The notes beneath the pieces are model-generated. The model was not told the origin of the DNA. It ran no database searches and was given only the letters and a program-made list of their open reading frames with translations. From assembly GCA_030704615.1 (NCBI GenBank), contig CM060732.1, forward strand, positions 50,034,001-50,098,000: DNA of 64,000 nt, written 5' to 3'. Position 1 is the first letter of the stretch, and the number at the start of each line of letters is the position of its first letter. Source of the DNA: Takakia lepidozioides. Its lineage: Eukaryota; Plantae; Bryophyta. The translations under genes and the position numbers were made by a program. Of the stretch, positions 11,835-24,600 are shown piece by piece.

Positions 11835-12398
11835 ATGCCGTGCTTCCGGAACCGGGACGACTGCCCCTTTGGAGGCATCGATTATGCAATGTATTCGGCC
11901 ACATCGGGAGACATTGTTATCTGGTACACAGATTACACAGAAGATACTGGTTCGATTGTGGAAACATTGGTGGCTTTTGAGTATATCGTAGGCCACTACG
12001 CCTTCGAGCGGGGTGACGATCTTGGTCTGAGGAGTCCGTGGCTCCTGCGCATCCTCGATTCCGATTTTCCCAGCTACGACGGTCACCCATGCAGAAGAAG
12101 GCGCACTGCTATGCTGTTGCGGTGGAACTGCTGCCACTGGACGTGGGTGGACTCCATCGGAGAGACCTATTCTCCTCGAGGAGTGCGCTCCTCTTCTCCA
12201 TTGTATGGGGACATTCGCATTGGTGTGGACGACGAAAACGTGAAGATTTCCATATTCGATGGTGGTATGATTGAAGGGCAGGACATTGTGGTGAACATCA
12301 CTAGGGGCGGTACAACGGCTGCAATCGACTTTACATGGAGGAGCCCCATGACTCATGAGCTAGTTCTGAGAGCAGTCGAAGTCCCATTGACAACGTGA
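11835..12398 (+). CDS. Unknown protein, paralog B of inverted pair (187 aa)
   Basis: MPCFRNRDDCPFGGIDYAMYSATSGDIVIW...FDGGMIEGQDIVV; shares EY..G.Y.FERG and PW.L.I.D.D.PS with paralog A. Confidence 0.6.
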   Translation: MPCFRNRDDCPFGGIDYAMYSATSGDIVIWYTDYTEDTGSIVETLVAFEYIVGHYAFERGDDLGLRSPWLLRILDSDFPSYDGHPCRRRRTAMLLRWNCCHWTWVDSIGETYSPRGVRSSSPLYGDIRIGVDDENVKISIFDGGMIEGQDIVVNITRGGTTAAIDFTWRSPMTHELVLRAVEVPLTT

Positions 12399-12891
12399 CT
12401 TGTATTCAGTAGGCACAGGGCTCAAGATTTGATGGCACAATCAGCACAGTAGACGTGCTTCAAATGCAATTCATGTGGATCAATAAAAACCTCATTGTGC
12501 CCTCTTTTTATTCTATTCTGTGTCCATCGTTCCGAGAATGCGTCATTGCTCATTTCGTTTGGGATTGGGAGTGTGGGTGAATTTTGCAAATGGCTGGTAG
12601 GCTGAAATGGGCCCCCATTGTACAGAGCAGTACCACCCTACCATTCGCGAAACATTGCCTTTCAATATATAATTCTAAATAACATTGCCGAACCTCCTTC
12701 ATCGGGAGGTCCTTCTCCCCCTATGACCGTGGCACCCTAAACCCTATTCCCGCGGACACTCATTTCCGGAAAATAGTGCTGCTCATGTTTTTTTCCACAC
12801 TTACGACTCTGCTCATGGCTCATGCCGCTCATGGCTCATGGCTCATGAAATAGCAGCCCCCATTTCGATGCACCTCCCCTGTGGCGCTTAC

Positions 12892-13277
12892 CCTGCAGCC
12901 ATCCTTCCTCTCCTTCCATCTCCTTCCCATTGTTTCATGGCATGGCGTCGTTCCTTCCTCAGCTCTGATGTCCGTTTCCTGCCCCCATGCTCGGGAGCAG
13001 CGCCGTCATACGTTTGGGGGGTGACTGATGTGTGCCGGAGGGGGAGGCCGTATGGAGATTTGGAGGCCCCCATTGTGCCTGCAACTCAGGAAGCCAGCGC
13101 CACGACCCCGAAGCAGGGGGGCTCCCATGGTGCACTCTGTTGTGGAGACCATCCGCAGGGGGTGGGTGCCAAGGTTGGTGTTGGTTGGCATTGTGTGGTG
13201 GCTATGAGGCTTTGCTGCAGCTTCACTCCCCCTTCCGCTGCCAAAAACATCCCACACACAGGTGCATCATTTGTATC
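12892..13277 (-). pseudogene. Putative Pro-rich exon of the accessory (TnpA-like) gene of the second CACTA element
   Basis: Acceptor ttcagtag| at 13278 and donor |gtaagc at 12891. Encodes ...WSPQQSAPWEPP...YDGAAPEHGGRKRTSELRKERRHAMKQ, similar in composition to exon 2 of the CACTA-1 accessory gene. Confidence 0.3.
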
Positions 13278-13799
13278 CTACTGAACACAACGTCACCAGA
13301 GCACAAACCATCCCACAACCCAAACTATGGATTGGCTGACCTTCAACCCCACTCCCCTGCAGCCAAGTGCCAAAAACTGAAAGGAGAGACCGAATGACCT
13401 CATAACATGTAAGCCCATTCATTGGTGAAGAATAGAATGTGGCGGGTTCACATCATACACATGAAACTTACCAGGAAACAGAACATCCATCCGGTTTTTG
13501 CACATATCCAGTGGACATCTATTCACACAATCAGCAAATGGCTGTATGGCGGAGCCCAACACCGGAGCCCCAAAGGCCTAAAGACTCTCAATGTTGGAAC
13601 ACAGGTGCAAACACAATTCAATTGAAAGGATATTGCAGATCTAGCCTCGTTGGAGTTATCAACGCATATACAATGTGTACTCCAACGCAGGTGCAACGTG
13701 ACAAAGCAACATTTCCTTGACCTAAAACTAGTCCCTGCACACATTGGTAGACCTGAAGGTTTTCCACGATGTCCTCCCCATGTCACAATTGAAAACATG

Positions 13800-14904
13800 T
13801 TCATGGATGTTTTCTGCCTACTTCATTTCGGCCCAATCAGATCTCCTCTACGCTGATGATGTTGCCCTTTTGGCACAATCCCCGGTCTTTCTGCAACGCC
13901 ATCTCAAAATTTTGGAACAGTTCTGCAAAGACTATGGGATGCAAGTCAACTTAGCAAGACCAAGATCATGCTTCATTGGCCAGGCTGATCGTAGATTCAT
14001 CTTCAACCAGCAGGAAATTGAGATTGTCAAATCATACCGGTACCTAGGTCTGTATCCACTCCCCCAAGTTTCACTTTGCAGCCACTGCCTTGGACAGATT
14101 GACTAAAGTAAGGCGGCCTCCGTCCACCTTCACACCAAATGCAAGCAAATACATCTGTGGCATCCCCGACCAAAAGTGGCTGTTTGACACCGTCGTCAAC
14201 CCTGCTACCATCAATGGTTGTGAGTTTCTGGGCACCTGGTGTCCCTGTCTCCTGGTGGGAAAAGAATTTGGAACCATTACAGTCATCTTTCTCCAAGCAA
14301 TGCTTGGCGCCAGGAGCACAACTCCATCTCAGATCCTAGGTGCAGAGTTCACATGTGTACCTTTGCAATCCGAGGCACAGTTCAGGCTTACAATCTTTCT
14401 CCATAGATTGCAAGCCCTTCCACCCAAGGGCTAGTGGCAAGGGCCCTCACAACATCTATGAGGCTCAAAGCTGCAGGTTTCGGGAACTCCTGGTATGCTC
14501 GAGTGGACAGTTTATTGAAACGTAACGGACTTTCTACTGCTTTCCTATTACCAATGAACCCAGATGAGGTGGACATCACATCCAGACATGACCACAACAG
14601 ACTCATTCGGAGAGAGCTTATGGAATTACATGTCAAGAGAACTTGGATGCTACCCAATCTCACAACAAAGCTCCACTTCTATCGAGAGACATTCTTGGTG
14701 CTCCGCGATGATAGAATCTTCAGACCAAATTACCTTTCAGCACCCTCCTCCTTCCCTCTTGAGGGCTTGGGCGGTTCAGGGTGGGTTCCCACAACAATAC
14801 GGATAGAGACTGGCAGATGGAAAACCTGCAACGGGAGGACCGCCTATGTCCAGCTTGCATAGGGCGCAGCAAGGAAATTGAAACTGAAGAACACTTCTTC
14901 TTCT
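13800..14904 (+). mobile_element. 5'-truncated non-LTR retrotransposon (LINE) RT/C-terminal fragment; continues at 29063-~29090
   Basis: LLYADDVALLAQSPVFLQRHLKILEQFCKDYGMQVNL, EIEIVKSYRYLG, IRIETGRW, EDRLCPAC..EIETEEHFFF. After removing the CACTA insertion the frame continues YCPVYYEIR. Confidence 0.85.
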
Positions 14905-16566
14905 CACTACAACAGATTGCGGCTTTTATGACTCCCATGGGTGCGCAGTCACGACCAATTTGTGGCAGAAATGCCATTTGCAGTCGAAATGCCTTTTGAA
15001 GTCATAACATAGATCACGACGAAGCCGGTTATGCGACTGTATGACTCCGAACTTTGCACAACACAGGTCAAACACCCTTTGACCAGGAATATTGCCATGG
15101 TGGATATGAACTACCAGTCAGGGTCATGCCCATATGTGAATGACGTGTGCATATTGCTAGACGGACATATGACTTCATGACTGCCACTCTAATGTATTCT
15201 GCCAGATCATCACATGTCGTCATGACATGGAGAGTCTGTGACATGGAACAACTTATGAGGTGTCTACATATGATTGGTTAAGTGGCTTTGATATTGTGGT
15301 GCGGGGGATGCAAGTGAAGGGAACGGTTGCACACGAAGCAGCTTAGTAGGCCGTTGGCGCTTTGTGGAGAAGAATGGAACGTGAAGCCAACATGCTAGAG
15401 AGGCGATCTGGAACCGCATCTGTTTGTGACGTTACGTTCAAATGGCGGCGTGCATTTTAGTGTTTGTTGATCGCCGACAACATCAAAGCAAGCCTCATAC
15501 TGCGGAATGACAACGAACAAATGATGCATTCAGGGGATAGATAAATTCATGCAAATCAAAAAATTCACTCATGAGAGTGATGCAAAACAGGGCTCAACAA
15601 AAGTCTTTGGGCATGACCAAGAACACCAACAAAATATGAAATCCAATACACTCTAACATATCGCCTTGTGCATGTCGCCCTGTAGTAGGCCATCCCGGAG
15701 CTCCACGCCGTGTGCTACTGGAAGAAAGCTTGGCAATACGGTATGTTCCGATCCACCCACTTTGCCATTGGGGGGTTTTCTAAGAATGGGAGAGCCCATG
15801 AATTCAGCTTCTTGTATGATAAAACAACTGAGATAACAGCTCATGTTGTTTCTCTCTAATGTACATATCCCAATGACCTGCCCCAAGCTAGAACAGCAGC
15901 AGGATGACATCAGGGAATGATGTGGTGCAAGGCATGGAACACCTGCAGGGCAAGCAACATTGTAGTGTGAATGTACTGCACCCTGCTTGAGCCATTCACA
16001 GATGGGGGACTATACAAGTGAGTCACATGGTGTTAGCTGGGGCATGAGAGAAACTGCCCATAAAATGCATCTACGCAAATAACCCACTCAACCAGCCAGA
16101 GCATCATCTATGCGGATTGCCAATTCTTTTGGAAAAAATGAAAATGATAAGTAGGGACCAAGCTTAAAAGCACTCCATTGTATTCAATGGTCCATAAACA
16201 CAAGCCTGCCCAATATAAGACCCACAAAATCACTGGGGCAATTATGTATGTAAACTGGAAGGCACATGCACTTTGTCAACAATGTACCAAAGGCAGAACT
16301 GATGTGTAAATTTGCATGTCGTTCCAAAGTCTATAGTGACATAAATGTCATGACACGTTGCCAGACAGACACGCCATGTAAGTTGGCACCTCCAACCCCC
16401 TGCAAAAAGGACACCCCCAAGGGCAACCCTTAGTGCCAGTCTTATGAATCCCACATTATTCATGAATCAACCGGGATTACATATTCAATTTGCCCAATAC
16501 CACCCTTCATATACTTGAGATAGAGGAAGGCAGTTGGGGGGGGAAAGTCATACCTCATTCTAGGTA

Positions 16567-19500
16567 CTAGTACACATCCACATCAACCAACTCCTCATCA
16601 CTGGACTCTGAATCTCCATCGCAGCTGTCCTCCGTGGGACATTGATGTGCTTCCTCAGATCGCATGTCTCTGTAAAGTGAAGCAACCTCTTCAGGTGTCA
16701 CTTGGATGGTCTGGCCCACCCTGTCACTAGCAACATTGGTCTCTAATGTGATTGGGGGCTAAGAGGCCTGATAACACTGCAATATCATCGTTGCAATGCT
16801 CACATCAGAAACAGCCCTGCGTGACCTGGGGTTTTTTTCCAGCACCACGTTCCATCTCGGTTCATTCACACACTCAGAGAAAAGAACTTGCTCGACCTGT
16901 GATGGGAGCACAAAAGGCTGTTCAAGTGGAGGCAACAAGTGGGAGAAATTCACACCAATGTGAAGCCAGACTCGTCCTGCTTCATTGACACAGGCTGAGA
17001 GCCCACACGTCGTGCACGTACCCATGAACACAATAGCCGTGGTGTTTGTGGAGCCATAATCCCAATTCTAAAATCTCCTTTATGACACCCACATACCGTA
17101 CGCTTTCCACCACCTGCTCACGGTCAATGCAAGTACTGTCATGCTGGAAACAGTAGAGACCCCCGAGTCATATGTCACAATGGGGCTGTTGAGTCCATCT
17201 GAAGTAACCCTGAAGGCTGAATCAGTAGCATGGTTGGCAACACTTGACACATGCTGGCGGACTGCTTTTACCAGCCATTCTGCAAAGTGAGGGAGAGCAC
17301 GGATCTTGTTCTGTTAGTAGCATTTTCAGTCTCCAACCTGCATTTCTCCACCTCATAGGACCTGCCAACACACGCACAACCACAAAAATTTATCTAGTGC
17401 AACCCCTGCAGCCGATGGAAGAACTACTGCACACACACCTATACAAAGCATACCATGCATAGCAGGTACCAGAACGTTTGCCACTTACCCCAACATAATG
17501 CTCAAACTGGGATGGTTGTGAATGACGTAGTCGTGGACAAGCTGCAACAATTCGAGGTCAACCTCCGTGGTCGACCAACCCTTCCAATACCCCAGCCCGA
17601 CACTGATTCCTCCTCCCTGCATCCCACACTCTTCCGCCTAGTGCATCAAAGAAAGACAAGTACTCTGTACAAAATCCCATGCCTCGTCAAACACGTAGCC
17701 CTCCGCCATACTGCCCTCAGGCTTCGCCACTTTCGCACATACCCTTTAAAATCCTTCATTGCTCTCTCCACCGGGTACATCCACCGAGAAGCTACAGGTC
17801 CACACAATCCACCTCATCCACCCAGGTGGATAAGTAAATGTGTCATAACATCAAAAAATGAGGGTGGGAACTCTTTCTCAAGACAAAGAGTCACTGCCAC
17901 CTCCTTCTTCAATTCCTCATGCTCGGTGGGATCAATGAATTTTGCACAAAGCTTGCGAAACACACGGACACTCTTAGTATGGCATTGCGAACCCCAGGCG
18001 CCATCAACCCACGTAGAGCAAGTGGGAGGATCTGTTGCATTAGCACGTGATAATCATGTGACTTCAATTGGCTCAACTTTTGTTTGACCACATGTTTTTT
18101 GAAAGCAGAGGCATAGCCAGTGGGTACTTTCAGATTCGTGATAATCTCCAGGAACACCCGCTGCTCTGGTTTTGTGAGCACATATGGCGCATCAGGCATT
18201 ACCAATGTATCCACTCTGGTGGGATGGCGTCGTAACCAAAGAGGCTTTCGAATGCCCTGCAATTCCATATCGCGGCGAACTTGCATCGTGTCCTTCTCGC
18301 CGAAAATAGTCTTGATTATGTTCTCCGTCACGTTCTTCTCGCAATGCATGGTATCAAAAGTGTGGCGGATGATAAGATGCTGCACCATGTGTCTAACAAA
18401 TTAGGCACATTGCAATGCAGTCATGAATGATGTTTACAGCACAGGTTCAGTAAACAAACAATCATGCACAATGAAAAACCAATGCACTGTTTTGTTCCCA
18501 AAACACATGTGTGGTAATCGCACCTCCCAGTAAGGCAAGTCAAACAGAATGGACAATCGTTTTACGCCATGGAGCTTGGAGGGATCGTTCTGTGCGCCTA
18601 CAGTCCCACCATCATCAATCCATTGTTTGTAATGTCGCACGCTCCTTGATTTCGGTGGCTGTCACTGTATGTGGAGCAGGTCTCATGTCTCGCGCCCCAT
18701 TAAAAAGTCTGGATCTTCTATAGGCATGATTGTGGGGAAGATAGCGTCGATGCCCCTGGAATATCAATTTCTTACAAGCTGGGGAATATCTGGAATCGAC
18801 TTGAGGTCCACATGCTGGACAAGCACAGTACCCTTGGTGAACCTGACCTGATAACAAGCCATAGGCGGGGAAGTCATGTATGGACCACATGAGGACTGCA
18901 CGCATGTTAAAAGCCCGCTCTCCTTCAATGGCTGCCACATCCACGGCTGCAACTCCCACCCACATGTCGTTAGCTCCTCCACTAGTGGTTGCAGGTAAAC
19001 ATCCACATTTTCACTTGTCACAGATTCCTTTCCAGGAATGAGGAGTGTTAACATGACAAAAAATTCTTCGTTACCAACCATGGAGGTAGATTATAATTGA
19101 GCACCATGATGGGCCAGGTGGACCAAGAAGTGGATTTGGTGCCATAAGGATTGACCCCATCCAGTGCCAATCCAAGACGCAGATTTCTTGGATCTGAAGC
19201 AAAATCCGGCCATGTGTTGTCAATATGGCACCAAGCCTTACTGTCTGCAGCATGCCGGACCATGCCATCTGCACTTCTATGATTGTTGTGCCACTTCATG
19301 AGCTCTGCCAGCGTCTTAACGAAACATCCGTTTCAATCTAGGTATGAGAGGAAAGTATCGCAACACCTTCTTGGGCACCTTCCCACGGCCGTCCATGTAT
19401 CGACGACTATGGCACTTGGGGCAATTAGCAGCCTTTTTGAGGTCTCCACGAAACAATACACATCCACGCTCACAGGCATGGATCTGTTTGTATCCTAGAC

Positions 19501-21022
19501 CCATCATGGCGATCATATTTTTGGCCTCATACTGCGATTTGGCAAGGTGTTTTGTTTGGGCAAAATCTCCAGCCTCAACAATGAAATAACTCATCCACAA
19601 ATGCGTTGGTACATCTGTGAGTGGCGCAAGAATTGAGCAACATCAATGTGGCAGTCAATCGGTTGTGAACGCTCCCATCGTATAAGGGGATTTGGGACTC
19701 TCGCATGAGTTTTCCATGGTGAAGATCATTTGGCGCGCCTGCTTCTTCTCCGCCCATATTTTCCCCATCAGGCATTTCAGAGGGATTTGCGCCATTCTCA
19801 ACAGCCCTCATCATTGTCCAAGTGAAGGGCATTTGGGGCAGGTGTGGGATTCTCCCGGAGGGTATCTGATATTTCAAATGCATCTTGCACAGCACGGGCA
19901 ATCTGGCCCCGTAGCCCATTGCCGTCTTGTCCATCCAAATTGACGTCGTTTTGCAACACTCTCTAGGCTACATTCAGCCTCCACTTCAGAGTCGGATGTA
20001 ATGTAGCCCTGTGAACGCAAATGAAATCATAAATTGGGATACGATGAACAGGCTTTTTTCAAAACTCCCAGATTATGAAATTTCATTTAAACACTGTCAT
20101 GTAAGCAAACACTTTGTAGAATTGCACTAGTTCAATACAGGTGAATGCTACAAGTCTCCCCCGCACTTGCGAATCAGGAGACGAAATTGGTCGGCCACAG
20201 ACTTCATTTCGAAGCAGCTTGTGGAGCTCAGACACAAACACAAATGAAAACTACTCTCATATAATACGGCAAAGTAGGAACACAGTTTTCATCGAAAACA
20301 AAACAAACATACCCTCTGTGATAGAGGGAGACATCCCCACATACAGACAGCTATCTGCACAGACCAACAAAGTGAAAGCTCTCAACAATATGCCCAAGTG
20401 GGCAGTGCGTTGAAGGCATGACACATGGCAACAAACTGCCAAAAGCCCAAAATGCATATTGCCTTCACACATGGCAGTCAACAACGACCATGTAGTCATG
20501 ACCCTGACTACATGACTCCAGTACAACCAATGGAAGAACACCACGTAGTTGAAATGTCCATGATCCACGGTCATGAAGTCATGGACATGACTACTCTGAC
20601 GCACTACCGACTACATGACTCCATCACTACGACTCCATGACTCCAATACATCCAACGGAAGAACGACACGTAGTTCGGACTCCAGTCACTCCCACGACTG
20701 TCCAAAATGCGGACATGCGCGGGCGTGCTGCGAGCATGTCAGAGTGCGTGCGTCGTGCAAGGCGTACCGGGACTGTACACTGTCGAAGGTTTGGGTCCCT
20801 CCCATACTTTGTTAGGTGTTTTTTGGCCATCGGTAGAAACTGCGAGATCCCTCCATGGCATATTTTGCAGTTGCACAATATTTTGCGGTGCCCTTGTGCA
20901 ATGGCATGCGCCTCCTCTAGTCGCCACAGTTTCTCATCTTTCCTGCGCACACGGAGTCGTTGAGCTGTTAGCCGAAACCCCGCTCTCGTTGTATACATTG
21001 TACTTACACAGGGGGTGTGCAA
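16567..21022 (-). pseudogene. CACTA Tnp2/TnpD-type DDE transposase (multi-exon, frameshifted)
   Basis: KILCNCKICHGG..KKHL (transposase-associated domain); IHACERGCVLFRG..CPKC; KVLRYFPLIPRLKRMF; RNLRLGLALDGVNPYG..STWP..YNLPPWL; WSIHDFPAYG; GHRRYLP..H.YR; DTMHCEKNV; KSHDYHVLMQQILP; EQPFVLPSQVEQV. Confidence 0.92.
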
Positions 21023-21603
21023 GGGTCTTTGCAGCTGATGTCAGACTGCCATGGTCAGGCCCTCCCCGTGCGGTCCTCTGACTGCGTATGAGAAGCTAAG
21101 GGAGACCTGCATTGCTCGCAACAAAGAGGTTGAGGCGGAGTTGTTTGGTTCGCACCCACTGTGAGTATACTGAGAGGCGGCTCACCCTAGTGTTGTGGCC
21201 TAAATCTCGCAGGAGAGCATTCCACCTCAACCGGAGTGCTCAACTGACCCGAATACTTTAGTTTGGGGTTGTCAGACATCGCATTGCAGGGGCTTGTCAT
21301 TAGGGTTTTTTTTTTTTAAAATGTGAGAGGTCTACGGTTTAGCCTGAAATTGCCCGCATCCTTGTCTTTTGGGTTTACGAGTTTTTCTACATTCCCAGTG
21401 TTGGATTGCATTGCTAAGTACACAGAATGATGGTTGTGAGGCGACGCCTGTCTCCACACTATCATGGCGCACCATGAAGAGCGGGATTGGTTAATTTCTT
21501 CATGGGGCGAGGATTGCAGGCTTCTTGCTCGAAACCAAAGCGTGCTTGCCGTCGACCTCCACTACCCACGGGACCACCCAGACGCAGTGGAAGGCTAGAA
21601 ACA

Positions 21604-24600
21604 ATGGCCGACGAGGCACGACAGTATGTAGACGAAGACGAGGAGGAGGATTTGTTGTGTGTCCCTGCGGGCGAGCACACTGGCGATTCTAGCGAAGATA
21701 TTCTTCGCCACCCAGCTCCTGCACCCTCGCTTCCCCAGAAACGCCCGTCGCCGGCAAAATCACCATCTGTAAGCACCTCCTCACTATGACGCCACATCTT
21801 CAGCATTTCTATGCATTCACATGCTCAGCATACCCATGAAGGAAGCATGCAAATGTACAGAACGTGTCTGAGACTTTCTTAGCATTCCAGGATGTAAATG
21901 CACTTCCCACACAGAAGAGGTTGAAAGGTGGAAGCCACAGAACTTAACTGGGCAACACAATTCACCATCACCCACTCATTGGGATTTCCAATCATTAGGA
22001 AACCCCATATAGGCAGCAAGCCCAAATGGGATAGGAAATCAACCCCTTTTGCTATATCTTCATCGTGTACATAGTTTGGGTTAAAGTCAAAGGCTCTTAC
22101 TAAGAGGTTGATACATAGTGATGTTTCTGTTTACAACTAAAATGCAATGTCCATTCAAATGAGTCCATCTACCCACTGATGCAAGTACTTGTATGCACGC
22201 TTTGATACAAGCATGCCAATGGTTTTTGAGGTCTCCCCACTAGGTAGGCTTTGGAATTGGCCATGTAGATTTGGCTCAGCCCCCACTTTTCTGAATGGGT
22301 AAACAGAAGTGTGGGGCACCTGATGAGTCTGAGGGGATGAGGACCTGCTCATAGGAGGATGAGTACAATCAAAGCTTTAAAATGGCAGGTGCACGGCGTT
22401 AATTTGTTCTAAGTTGCCATGATTTCATTTGAATGCTTTGATTGACTTTAATGTTTGAATTGGTTTTTATTCTGTGCAGGCCAGGAAGAGGCGAGCTTCC
22501 ATCGAAGGCGCTGCAGCTGTGGTGGGCAGTCCATCGGGGCGGGGGTTGTTCAAACAAGTCAACCCTGCTACAAACAAGTCCCCAAGCGCAGAACGACCAC
22601 CTCCACGACCTATTCCACAGTACCCTCCGTACACACATTACCCACATGCCTACCCCACCCCCGATCAGTATGGCGCTGCGGGCCCTTACAACCCGCACAT
22701 CCAATACAAGCCCCCTCCAGGTGGTTACCCACAGCAGCCATATGCCCATTCTCCTCCACCTATTCCCCCTTACCTCCTAGACCCACATGCTTACCCGGCA
22801 TCTACACGTCCACCATACGAACCTTTTGGGCCATACGGTGGGCGATACTGTCCCGCCCCCCATTCCCCATGGCAACCCCCAGCTGCCCCACCACCTGAGG
22901 TGGCAAAGGAAGAGACCCCTATGACCAAGAAGGAGCGAGCTAATGCTTTGAGGCGGGCGAACAGGCGTGCCAGGCAGAGGCAATCCGAAACCATGATGCG
23001 CGAGACGAAGATGGACTCCCCCCTCAAGTGCTTCCGGTTGACAAAGCTGGAGAGCCCATTGGACCAGCACGCAATACCTGGCATGCAGCCCTCAAAGGCC
23101 AGATGTGGCGTTTGTGTGACATGTCAATGCATATTGCAGCGCAGGATGAATCTGTCATTGAAGAAATATATAGGATTCTAAACTCTACATTTGCGTACAC
23201 GCCACGTGGTCTTGACTATGAGCACATGAGGAAGACACTTGGCATTGCCTTGAAAACCCAAAGACACGAGATCCATGCAATGTACAAGGCAGGCGAGGGG
23301 AGGCCTGCGCATCTGAAGGAAGCTCATTGGGACAGGCTGGTATCGTATTGGCAGACAGCAGGATTCAACGCAAAAAGTGCCCTCATGAAGGTTGCAAATT
23401 CATCAATCAAGAAGCCTTCAAAAACAGGACGTGGTGGGAAGGCATCTGTTGAGGCTCGGCTTGTAAGTTCACACACCAGCCTTTTTGCCCTCTTTGCCTT
23501 GGCTGATTGTTGTTTATAATGTGAAACAGGCTAAGTCCTGGCAGAAGAGAGTAGAAAAGATTCTCAAGGACCTGGACCTGGATCCGCAAGTATTGACCCA
23601 GCTGGATAAATCTGACTTAGAGGCTGTAGTGTCTGAAGGCATGTCTGTTGCCATCAGATTGTCTGATGAAAATGAAGTTAGGCAGAGAACTTCCCTGAAG
23701 TTGTTTCCAGTCAGTGACATGGGGGTGGACATCTTGGATGACCTCAAGGGTCTACCTAGACTGAAATTTAAACTCAGGGCAGGAAGCCTACCTTTGAACA
23801 ACAAACAGAAGCAGAGAGGAAAGGGAGAGTGCAATTGTCCGTAGTGTGGGCAATCTGAAGACAATATTTTCATTTTCTGATACACTGTCCGGGGTTCTCT
23901 CACCAAAGAGACGTTGTCTTCAATTCAATCAAGGGAATTGTGCCTGTACCCCTGTTTACCAACTTTGAAACTCTCGAGGCTGAGCCAAAAGCCGCGGCCC
24001 TCCTGAGGCCTAGTTTTGGGGCAAATCACACCCAGCAGATTGATGCTTGTGTGAAGGGTTTTCTAGAGGATATCTGGAAAACCCGGATTAAATCTTTATA
24101 TGAAGGTAAGTCTTACTACCAACGTCAACCCCTGACTGAGGTAGGTTCTGTTCCTTTTGTTCCCGCTCAAACTGGGCGGGGGTCAATGGCCAGAAGGCTA
24201 CGGCAAACAACGTCTTATGAGTACAATGTATAATGGGGTGTCCATTTCCCCCATTTTACACCATGTTAGGAGGGAAGTACGAAGTGCCACCAGGCTTTGT
24301 CATTGAATTCTCCAAATTATGTCCCCGGCAATCAGGTTTTTCTTGAAGGGGTGTTGCCTGTGGAGTGAACTAAAGTGTTCATTCACCTTGTCGCAAGGTG
24401 CTTGAAGGCTTTTCTTTAAGGGGGGACCTGCCTTGGAGTACAGATCTGCTATATGGGTTGATAGCTCCAACCAGGCTAAGTCTCTAGAATCCATTCAAGT
24501 GGGGGTGCTTAAGGAGTGTATGTCAGCATGCTCCAAAACAGCCAATGTGGTTGTTCGGGGTGAGTTTTGGCATTCCATCCTTAAGCTCCCGACGAGATGA

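Larger units (their letters stand above)
1..12780. mobile_element. Putative giant Mutator-like (MULE) DNA transposon carrying cargo genes and palindrome arrays; left end outside window, right end approximate
   Basis: One palindromic motif is shared from 2490 to 11606 and links the transposase, the ParB-MTase gene and the paired ORFs. I did not see the motif beyond ~12.8 kb. No TIR pair is visible because the left end is off-window. Confidence 0.55.
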
